A stretch of 64,000 nucleotides of DNA from the IMG/VR virus record IMGVR_UViG_3300045988_054045, one strand, 5' to 3'. Origin of the DNA: a virus. Within the stretch, counting starts at the first letter, position 1, and each line of letters opens with the position of its first letter. The position numbers and the translations under genes were made by a program. This document shows, one piece after another, positions 37,223 through 44,530 of the stretch. The notes under the pieces are model-generated. The model was not told where the DNA came from. It saw only the letters and a program-made list of their open reading frames with translations, and searched no databases.

Positions 37223-37800
37223 AAGAAAAAGTAACCCTAGTAGTTGTGGACTTCCAGTATGACTTCTGTCTGCTGGGAGCACCACTCTATGTTCCAGGGT
37301 CTGATAAGGCTCTGTGGAACATCTCTCATTTAATTGAGAATAACAAAGTTGGTCGGGTGATATTTACTGCCGATTGGCATCCATCTAACCATTGTTCCTT
37401 TAAGAAGAATGGTGGTCAGTGGAATGAGCATTGTGTGCAGTTCTCTAAGGGTGCGGCTATACATGATTTATTACTGTATGGTTGTATTGGTGCTGGAATA
37501 CCTTATGAAGTAATTACTAAAGGTACTCTATCACTTTCAGAAGAATATGGAATAAAGGTTGCTCCAGCTAATGCTAAAGTCCAGTACCATACTATCTATA
37601 GTTCATCGGTAGGAGTTGACGTTCAGCCAGATGAGCAAGTAGTGATTTGTGGTTTGGCAGGAGACTTCTGCGTACTTGAAACTTTGAAGAACCTAGCCCC
37701 TGTTAACCCTATGATATTCCTTGATGGTGTAGCTTCCCTAGATGGAGGAGTTAAACTCAATGAATATGTAGAAAGTAATGGAGTTAGGGTATGGTCATAA
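37219..37800 (+). CDS. pncA: nicotinamidase (isochorismatase family)
   Basis: VVVDFQYDF, DWHPSNHCSF, EHCVQ, VITKG, GLAGDFCV (Asp/Lys/Cys triad and metal site). Start at ATG 37219 (ATGA overlap), not 37132. Confidence 0.8.
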   Translation: MKEKVTLVVVDFQYDFCLLGAPLYVPGSDKALWNISHLIENNKVGRVIFTADWHPSNHCSFKKNGGQWNEHCVQFSKGAAIHDLLLYGCIGAGIPYEVITKGTLSLSEEYGIKVAPANAKVQYHTIYSSSVGVDVQPDEQVVICGLAGDFCVLETLKNLAPVNPMIFLDGVASLDGGVKLNEYVESNGVRVWS

Positions 37801-38027
37801 AAATTATCATACTAGTACTAGTTCACTTATCAATATCAGCAATAGCTATTCTTATGGGTAAGTACTTACCTAACATGGTACACAAGGAGAATGAACGTGA
37901 AGTATTCTCATTCATTTATTGTTGTCTTCTTCCCATAATGAATATAATTGTTGTTTGCATTGGTTTATGTGAGTTAGTTGATGTAGTAATGCATAAAATT
38001 ATAAAATATATAAAGAGATGGTTGTAA
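37791..38027 (+). CDS. small membrane protein (78 aa, two TM helices)
   Basis: Hydrophobic segments IIILVLVHLSISAIAILMG and LLPIMNIIVVCIGL. Confidence 0.4.
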   Translation: MVIKIIILVLVHLSISAIAILMGKYLPNMVHKENEREVFSFIYCCLLPIMNIIVVCIGLCELVDVVMHKIIKYIKRWL

Positions 38028-39184
38028 AATCTATTTTAGATACGGACTTGTATAAATTTACAACTTCGTATGCCTATATGAAACTATTCCCTTATTCTAT
38101 TGGAACATTTGAGTTCTTTGATAGGGATAGTACAGAATATTCCGATGAATTTCTGGAAAACTTGAGAATTGAGTTATGTAACTTAGGTTCTCTTAAACTT
38201 ACTAAGGATGAACAGGAGTTTATGGCTAATAACTGTAGGTTCATTCCTCCCATGTATTGGGAATGGTTATCTGGGACAAGACTTGATGCTGGAAAAGTAA
38301 GAGTGTGGTTGGATGAAGAAAAGCATCTGCACATCACAGTTACAGATTATCTGTATAGAGTAACTCTGTATGAAGTACCTATCCTGGCTATCGTGTCTCA
38401 GTTAAGAAACCATATGCTAAACCACTGTATTGATATGCAGCTAGTTATTGGAAAGTTAGCTCCTAAGATTAGTCTGTCTAATAAGAGTGGTATTCCATTC
38501 TCTGAGTTCGGCACTCGTAGAAGATATTCATTCAATGTTCAGGATGAAGTTATTAAATACATCAAAGAACATTCTATTTACTGCACAGGAACATCAAATT
38601 GTTACTTTGCAATGAAATATGATATGAAGATGATGGGAACTCATCCACATGAATGGTTTATGTTTCATGGTGCTATGTATGGCTATAAGCAAGCTAACTA
38701 CATGGCTTTGGAGAACTGGACTAATGTATATGATGGTGATTTGGGTATTGCATTAACTGATACCTATACTACAGATGTATTCTTTAAGAATCTATCTCGT
38801 AAGCAGGCTAAGTTATTTGATGGTATTAGGCAGGATAGTGGAGATGAATTCCAATTTGTAATGAAGGCTATTGCCAGATACAAAGAACTTGGAATTGACC
38901 CATCTACTAAGACTATTATCTTCAGCAATGCACTGACATTCGATAAGGCGGAAGAAATTCAGGAATATTGTAGAGGTAGAATCCGATGTGCGTTCGGTAT
39001 AGGTACTAACCTTACTAATGACACTGGATTTAAACCATCTAATATTGTTATGAAGCTGACTTCTTGTCGTATGAATAAGAACCAACCAGTATTCAACTGT
39101 GTGAAACTATCTGATGATTTAGGGAAACATACTGGTGATACTGAAGAGGTTAAGCACTGTATTCAAACTATTAGTAAGTTTTAA
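38018..39184 (+). CDS. pncB: nicotinate phosphoribosyltransferase
   Basis: Collinear with E. coli PncB as I recall it: ILDTDLYKFT, FGTRRR, GTSN, GTHPHEW, LGIALTD, RQDSGD, FGIGT, IVMKL. Confidence 0.9.
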   Translation: MVVKSILDTDLYKFTTSYAYMKLFPYSIGTFEFFDRDSTEYSDEFLENLRIELCNLGSLKLTKDEQEFMANNCRFIPPMYWEWLSGTRLDAGKVRVWLDEEKHLHITVTDYLYRVTLYEVPILAIVSQLRNHMLNHCIDMQLVIGKLAPKISLSNKSGIPFSEFGTRRRYSFNVQDEVIKYIKEHSIYCTGTSNCYFAMKYDMKMMGTHPHEWFMFHGAMYGYKQANYMALENWTNVYDGDLGIALTDTYTTDVFFKNLSRKQAKLFDGIRQDSGDEFQFVMKAIARYKELGIDPSTKTIIFSNALTFDKAEEIQEYCRGRIRCAFGIGTNLTNDTGFKPSNIVMKLTSCRMNKNQPVFNCVKLSDDLGKHTGDTEEVKHCIQTISKF

Positions 39185-39188
39185 GTAA

Positions 39189-39344
39189 ATGCCAACCTGG
39201 CGATATGCACTAAAATCTAGTATTTCCAAACTTACCCCCAAAGAGCTAAATGCTTATGGGGATAAGGGTTGGGAATTAGTATCTGTGGTATATGTTGAAC
39301 TAGTGGGATTCATATATTACTTTAAAAAAGAATTAAAAGTATGA
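39189..39344 (+). CDS. DUF4177-like mini-protein (51 aa, not in the ORF track)
   Basis: KELNAYGDKGWELVSV core. Its stop overlaps the nadE ATG (ATGA). Confidence 0.45.
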   Translation: MPTWRYALKSSISKLTPKELNAYGDKGWELVSVVYVELVGFIYYFKKELKV

Positions 39345-40285
39345 ACAGATTAAATTATGAAAAAGTTTTCAAAACCCTCGTTGAGGAGACTGGAAATTAT
39401 CTTGTTAATCATAGTCTTCGCGCTATGGTTCTTGGGGTTAGTGGCGGCATTGACTCCACTGTTGTAGCTGCTATTTGTTGTGAGGTAAACAAACAAACTA
39501 ATATTCCTCTAATTGGACGGAGTTTGCCAATTAAGAATAAGAAGGATGAGTTTGATGTATCTAAACTAGTAGGAGAGGCATTCTGTAATAACTTTGATGT
39601 TGCGAATCTGTATGATGAGTATAAATGCTTTCTGAGTGGGTTAGTATGGAGGGAAGAGAGAATTGATTTATTGGATGATACTGAAACCATGCACCCAGAG
39701 AAGTCCAAACAACAAACTCTTATAGCTAATGGTAATATCCAAGCTAGGCTCAGAATGATATATCTCTACAATCTTGCTTCCATTCATAATGGGTTAGTAA
39801 TGTCTACTGATAATCAGACTGAGTATCAGCTAGGATTCTGGACTATTCATGGTGATGTGGGTGACTTTGACCCAATTCAGGACTTGTGGAAGACAGAAGT
39901 TTATGGGCTGGCTGGATATCTATTTCATAAATATGATATGAAGGCTAAAGCTACCAGCCTGTTTTACGGAAAGGAATCTAAAGAATGTAAAGATGCTATA
40001 GCTAAGGCTACAGCTATACATAGGTCTATAGCCTTAACTCCTACCGATGGTCTTGGTATTAGTAATAGTGACTTAGACCAGATTGGTGCAAAGAGCTATA
40101 ACGATGTTGATAGGGTGTTACAAACTTTAGTCTGTCCTGCTTCTCCTGAGAATGACAGAGTGCAAGATGCTTTAACTGTTGAAATAGGTCCAGAGATTAT
40201 AGATAAGATTATCAAAAGACGTCGTAACTCTAGGTTTAAGCGTGAAAAGTCTCCTATCTATATATCTAGGGATAGGTATGAATAA
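39341..40285 (+). CDS. nadE: NH3-dependent NAD+ synthetase
   Basis: PP-loop LGVSGGIDSTV. NadE-like length and layout. Confidence 0.85.
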   Translation: MNRLNYEKVFKTLVEETGNYLVNHSLRAMVLGVSGGIDSTVVAAICCEVNKQTNIPLIGRSLPIKNKKDEFDVSKLVGEAFCNNFDVANLYDEYKCFLSGLVWREERIDLLDDTETMHPEKSKQQTLIANGNIQARLRMIYLYNLASIHNGLVMSTDNQTEYQLGFWTIHGDVGDFDPIQDLWKTEVYGLAGYLFHKYDMKAKATSLFYGKESKECKDAIAKATAIHRSIALTPTDGLGISNSDLDQIGAKSYNDVDRVLQTLVCPASPENDRVQDALTVEIGPEIIDKIIKRRRNSRFKREKSPIYISRDRYE

Positions 40286-40296
40286 AATTGTTTGAA

Positions 40297-40548
40297 ATGA
40301 AGTTATATTATTTATTTTTATTAGTAATGTTCCTATTGATGGGTTGTACTAACTCATCTAACATTAGTGGTCCTAATACTATAGGAACGTCTAAGGTACA
40401 TGGAGATGTGTACAGCTATGTTATTGATGGACATGAATACATAAAGTTAGGTAATGGCTTTGCACATTCTGGTACTTGCAAGAAATGTAAGGCAGATTTG
40501 GAAAGTATTATCCGTAAAGTAGTTAAGGAGGAACGTTCACAATGGTAG
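40297..40548 (+). CDS. small lipoprotein
   Basis: MKLYYLFLLVMFLLMGC: signal peptide plus lipobox Cys. ATG 40297 preferred over TTG 40288. Confidence 0.55.
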   Translation: MKLYYLFLLVMFLLMGCTNSSNISGPNTIGTSKVHGDVYSYVIDGHEYIKLGNGFAHSGTCKKCKADLESIIRKVVKEERSQW

Positions 40549-41102
40549 GGATATTCTTTGGGTCTTTTGACCCTCCGCACATAGGTCATGTTAATGTAGT
40601 CACAGCTGCTCTAAACTCTGGTAAAGTTGATAAAGTAATTGTAGTTCCTGCATATAAGAGTGTATGGAAGAATACTGAAACCAAATGGGAGTATAGGCTT
40701 GCTATGGCTAAGGAAACATTTGACAATATTCCTGGAGTAGTTGTAGATGGTATAGAATACCGCATATCTAATGGTGAGCCTTTACCCACTTATAAGACTA
40801 TAGAAGCATTAAAGGAGATATATGGAGAGTTTACTATTGTTACATCTGCAGAAACCTATAAGGAAATTCCTAGATGGCAGCATGGTGAAGAAATACTAAA
40901 GAATAATAAATTCTTAGTAGTTGATGTGGCTCATTTTGACAGTGAAGATATATCTTCGGATGATGTTGATATTGTATATGCTCCAGATATTACTATATGT
41001 TCTACAGCTATCCGAATGTGGGTTGATAACGGGGAGATTATATTACCATTTGTAACAGATGCAGTTAATTCAATAATCAGAAAACTTGGGCTATATAAAT
41101 GA
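40542..41102 (+). CDS. nadD: nicotinate/nicotinamide mononucleotide adenylyltransferase
   Basis: GIFFGSFDPPHIGH ((H/T)xGH motif) and C-terminal ICSTAIR (ISSTxxR-like). Confidence 0.8.
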   Translation: MVGIFFGSFDPPHIGHVNVVTAALNSGKVDKVIVVPAYKSVWKNTETKWEYRLAMAKETFDNIPGVVVDGIEYRISNGEPLPTYKTIEALKEIYGEFTIVTSAETYKEIPRWQHGEEILKNNKFLVVDVAHFDSEDISSDDVDIVYAPDITICSTAIRMWVDNGEIILPFVTDAVNSIIRKLGLYK

Positions 41103-41617
41103 ACCAAATCTATGTTTCAGGTCCTTGGTCTTTTTCCTCTGGAGTACTTCAAGTAGTTAAGAGTATAAAGACTAAATCAAAAGATAAGGTAGTTTATAGT
41201 GAGAAGGGAGAAGATTATCAATTCTCTAAACTTGAACAATCTAACTATGTCGTATTCGTATTAGATGGATTTGCATGGCAACAAAAACTTGAGAATATAT
41301 CAAGAGGTATGCTCTCAGAATTACTGTGGTGCATAAATCATAGGATTCCCATGTTTTTAGCTTATAAATCTGCTAATGGATTAGGCATATATGGAACGGA
41401 AATAGATGACAATTTAAACTTTAAGGGAGTTGCTGGGACTGCGGATAACTTCTACCAGATTATAAGTGGACAATTTGGAAACATTGTTGCTGATGATTCT
41501 GTGTTCCTAAAAGGATTTAGAATATCAGACGTAGGAAACGTATATCTAAAAGGAGAAATGCTCGCAGACCCATTGGACTATCTTAATGTTGAACAACCTA
41601 AGAGTTATTTTTATTAA
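41099..41617 (+). CDS. nucleoside 2-deoxyribosyltransferase/DUF4406-like Rossmannoid protein
   Basis: IYVSGP N-terminus; VVFVLDGF...SRGMLSELLWCINHRIPMFL. Confidence 0.4.
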   Translation: MNQIYVSGPWSFSSGVLQVVKSIKTKSKDKVVYSEKGEDYQFSKLEQSNYVVFVLDGFAWQQKLENISRGMLSELLWCINHRIPMFLAYKSANGLGIYGTEIDDNLNFKGVAGTADNFYQIISGQFGNIVADDSVFLKGFRISDVGNVYLKGEMLADPLDYLNVEQPKSYFY

Positions 41618-41618
41618 C

Positions 41619-42155
41619 ATGAAGAACTTTCCAATATTAGACGAAAATGGCAAGGAATGGTGGATAAGCCGTTCTATTGCAGTAACTGGATGTATATTTA
41701 CATTTCTGAATGGTAAGTGGTGTGTATTAGCCAATAAAAGAGGTGAGGGCACACCTGACTTTCAGGGAATGTGGAATATGCCCTGTGGTTATTTGGACTT
41801 CAATGAAACTACGGCTGAAGCAGTAATAAGAGAAGTCTATGAAGAAACTGGAGTTAAAGTCAATCCTGATTATCTTCATTTCTGGTGTTTCAATGATTCT
41901 CCAACTCAAAACAGGCAGAATGTATCCTTTAGGTATTATGCCTTAGTCGATGCACAGCCTGGAAATATTAGTGTCGGAACTGGTAATGATAGAGGTGGAG
42001 AAGAGGATGAAGTAGAAGCTATAGGATGGATTCCAGTAGATACCGTTGATAATTATAAGTGGGCATTTGGTCACGATGAAATTATCAAGGACTTTGTGGA
42101 ATGGATGCACCTGGAAGATGACTATTTTGATGACATTGACCAGGACTCAGAATGA
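41619..42155 (+). CDS. Nudix hydrolase
   Basis: Nudix box GYLDFNETTAEAVIREVYEETGV. Start at ATG 41619. Confidence 0.8.
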   Translation: MKNFPILDENGKEWWISRSIAVTGCIFTFLNGKWCVLANKRGEGTPDFQGMWNMPCGYLDFNETTAEAVIREVYEETGVKVNPDYLHFWCFNDSPTQNRQNVSFRYYALVDAQPGNISVGTGNDRGGEEDEVEAIGWIPVDTVDNYKWAFGHDEIIKDFVEWMHLEDDYFDDIDQDSE

Positions 42156-42529
42156 TTTACTTTATAAGTGGACATAGAGACCTAACATGGGAGGAGTTTG
42201 CCAAATGGTACGCTCCTGCCATTAGTAGGACACTCAGTACGGATAATGGAGCAATGTTTGTAGTAGCTGAATGTGACGGTGCTGACAGAATGGCTCAGGA
42301 CTATTTGCTAGCCTGTGGTGTTGCTCCAAAGAGTATCAATGTATACCATATGCTAAAAGCACCTAGGTATTTAGCTAATCACAATATACCCACTATAGGT
42401 GGCTATACATCCGATTTGCAGAGGGATGAAGCTATGACTAGGAACTCTGACTATGACATTGCTTTTATCCGTAAGGGTAAAGAAACCTCTGGAACTGCTC
42501 AAAACATTTTAAGGAGATGGACAAAGTAA
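42152..42529 (+). CDS. SLOG-superfamily protein (DUF2493/YpsA-like)
   Basis: MIYFISGHRD, ECDGADRMAQDYL, RDEAMTRNSDYDIAFI, SGTAQN. Confidence 0.5.
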   Translation: MIYFISGHRDLTWEEFAKWYAPAISRTLSTDNGAMFVVAECDGADRMAQDYLLACGVAPKSINVYHMLKAPRYLANHNIPTIGGYTSDLQRDEAMTRNSDYDIAFIRKGKETSGTAQNILRRWTK

Positions 42530-42678
42530 AAGAAACTGAAAAGGAGAAGTTTGAGAGATTAAGACTACACTTTACTAGTTTGTTTTTACAGCATCCCAAG
42601 ATGTTAGAGGTTCTTACTTATAAGGATATTGTAGTTAAGGCTAAGGAGTTTACTAAAGAATATCTAAAGCATGAATAA
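42517..42678 (+). CDS. small hypothetical protein (53 aa, not in the ORF track)
   Basis: Overlaps both neighbours by a few nt and fills the 42530-42670 gap. Confidence 0.35.
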   Translation: MDKVKETEKEKFERLRLHFTSLFLQHPKMLEVLTYKDIVVKAKEFTKEYLKHE

Positions 42679-43162
42679 GTTTATATTCCTAGATATAGAC
42701 GGGGTTATGAATAGTAACCTTTTCTATTCTGAAAGAACCCAAGATAAGAGATATGATGAATGGATTAAAGACCATCCTCAGCATATAGCTTGGGGTGCTT
42801 GCAACATTGACCCAAGAGCAGTAAAGAGGTTAAATAGAATAACGGATGCTACTAAGGCTAAGATTGTAGTTTCCTCTACTTGGAGAAGTGATAGTAACCT
42901 CCAAGAGGTATTTACTTTAGTTGGCATTAAAGAGCCTATATATGATGTTACACCTTATATGAGGAGTAGACATAGAGGTTCCGAAATACAGGAGTGGTTG
43001 GATAAGCAAACTGAGCCTTATAGGTATATTATTCTTGACGATGATAGTGATATGTTAGACTGTCAGTTACCTTACTTTATCCAAACTGACTGGTTGAAAT
43101 GGGGTTTAAGTGATGAAGATGTCGAACAAGCAATACATATTCTAAATGATACAGCCGCTTAG
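42671..43162 (+). CDS. HAD-superfamily phosphatase (HAD_SAK-like)
   Basis: FIFLDIDGVMNS, VSSTWR, ILDDDSD. Confidence 0.6.
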   Translation: MNKFIFLDIDGVMNSNLFYSERTQDKRYDEWIKDHPQHIAWGACNIDPRAVKRLNRITDATKAKIVVSSTWRSDSNLQEVFTLVGIKEPIYDVTPYMRSRHRGSEIQEWLDKQTEPYRYIILDDDSDMLDCQLPYFIQTDWLKWGLSDEDVEQAIHILNDTAA

Positions 43163-43325
43163 ACATATCTATAATGACCCAACCCTAGACAGAGAGTTAC
43201 TTCTTCGTAAGTTAACCTCTCTAAGGATTAAGGGTGTAATTAGTATTGAAGAATACGAGTATTTAAAACATTTAATAAGAAAGGAGAACGAAAATGCTCA
43301 GAGAGCAAATGGATGCACTTATTAA
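43146..43325 (+). CDS. possible small protein (59 aa, not in the ORF track)
   Basis: Open frame bridging the 43163-43293 gap, but it overlaps the YqeY start by 32 nt. Confidence 0.25.
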   Translation: MIQPLRHIYNDPTLDRELLLRKLTSLRIKGVISIEEYEYLKHLIRKENENAQRANGCTY

Positions 43326-43770
43326 GCAATCAATGCTTGATAAGAACACAAAGAGAACTGATGTACTAAGAGCTATTAAGAATGAGTTCTTAGTGTTTCA
43401 AACAGCTAAAAATGCTAAGCCTTTAGATGATGCAGCTGAGTTTACTATTCTTCGTAAGATGGTTAAGCAAAGACTTGATAGTAGAGACCAATATATTGCA
43501 GCAGGAAGGAAAGACCTAGCCGATAATGAATCTAAAGAGATTCTAGTGCTGGAGTCTTTCCTTCCGCGAGAAGCCACGATTGAGGACATCAATAAGGCAA
43601 TCTATGAAATCTGTACGGAGAAGGGATGGTACATACCGCAGAGTGAAGACACAATCTGCCCAGAAATCCCGAAAAAGTCTATGGGAGAAGCTATTAAGGT
43701 GGTCAAGGGAAAGCTTGATAATGTAGATGGTAAATTGCTTGCTGATACTATTAAATCATTCCTTGTATGA
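43294..43770 (+). CDS. GatB/YqeY-domain protein
   Basis: LIKQSMLDKN..RTDVLRAIKNEF ... RKMVKQRLDSRDQYIAAGRKDLADNESKEILVLESFLP. Confidence 0.7.
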   Translation: MLREQMDALIKQSMLDKNTKRTDVLRAIKNEFLVFQTAKNAKPLDDAAEFTILRKMVKQRLDSRDQYIAAGRKDLADNESKEILVLESFLPREATIEDINKAIYEICTEKGWYIPQSEDTICPEIPKKSMGEAIKVVKGKLDNVDGKLLADTIKSFLV

Positions 43771-44003
43771 CACTAAAGGAAATAGTAACTCTTCCGAGCG
43801 AAGCAAAGTTTGTTCATGCAATAGCTGGAACTCTATATTATAGAATCATAACAGATGATGTAATTGTAGAGTTTCCTATTGACATGAATGATAAGGATGA
43901 TGTTGGTACTACCACATTTGTAGCTTCCTATAAGCCTATTACATTAATGAGGTATATTAGGAAGGCTATTGATAATGAGAGTATAATAATCATCCACAGA
44001 TAA
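43767..44003 (+). CDS. hypothetical protein
   Basis: ATGA overlap; 78 aa. Confidence 0.4.
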   Translation: MTLKEIVTLPSEAKFVHAIAGTLYYRIITDDVIVEFPIDMNDKDDVGTTTFVASYKPITLMRYIRKAIDNESIIIIHR

Positions 44004-44080
44004 GATGTAAGTAGTTGTACTATGTGATATTTGACTTTTAAATCAAACTCTAATCTATTTTCATGAAATTCATAAATTGA

Positions 44081-44112
44081 TTTGGTGATGCAGCTTATAA
44101 TGCTTATATTTG
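44081..44112 (+). promoter_or_regulatory. Bacteroidota-type promoter (-33 TTTG, -7 TATATTTG)
   Basis: TTTG at 44081-44084 and TATATTTG at 44105-44112, with a 20-nt spacer. Lies 40 nt upstream of ATG 44152. Confidence 0.5.
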
Positions 44113-44151
44113 CAGAAATTAAGTGGTTAAACTGTTTAAACGTATTAATTT

Positions 44152-44466
44152 ATGAAAATCGAAGAGAAATTTAGAAAATTCCAGCAAGGTGGTGCTGCAC
44201 CTCAACCTGGTGCTGAACCAGCAGGCGGAGCACCAGCAGAAGGAGCACCTGCTGAGGGTGGTGCGCCTGCTGAAGGGGGACAAGACCCAATGGCACAGAT
44301 TCTACAAGTAGCTGCACAAGCAGTTCAGACTCAGAATTGTGAGGCTGCAATGGCTGTATGTCAAGCTCTAATGCAAATCGCTCAAGGTGGTGCTGCTCAA
44401 GAACAAGCTCCTCAAGAGGAACCAACTTTTGCAAGAAAAGGTGCTAGACTAGTAAGAGTAAGATAA
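44152..44466 (+). CDS. Ala/Gly/Pro/Gln-rich 104-aa protein, unknown function
   Basis: Has its own promoter and terminator. N-terminus MKIEEKFRKFQQGG. GAPAEG repeats. Basic tail ARKGARLVRVR. Confidence 0.6.
   Translation: MKIEEKFRKFQQGGAAPQPGAEPAGGAPAEGAPAEGGAPAEGGQDPMAQILQVAAQAVQTQNCEAAMAVCQALMQIAQGGAAQEQAPQEEPTFARKGARLVRVR
44227..44274 (+). repeat. in-frame tandem repeat (15/15/18 nt) encoding GAPAE-GAPAE-GGAPAE
   Basis: ggagcaccagcagaa / ggagcacctgctgag / ggtggtgcgcctgctgaa. Confidence 0.6.
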
Positions 44467-44485
44467 TTAGTCAACAAGGTAAGAA

Positions 44486-44516
44486 GGGGCGTATATTAAT
44501 TATATGCTCCTTTTTT
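44486..44516 (+). terminator. intrinsic terminator
   Basis: 10-bp stem GGGGCGTATA / TATATGCTCC (two G-U pairs), 5-nt loop, T6 run at 44511-44516. Confidence 0.7.
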
Positions 44517-44530
44517 ATTATACATAGTAT

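Noticed and set aside
44171-44434. 87-aa minus-strand ORF opposite the Ala/Gly/Pro-rich gene.
   Set aside because: It is an artefact of the GC-rich repeat, which lacks stop codons on both strands. The promoter and terminator orientation supports the + strand gene.
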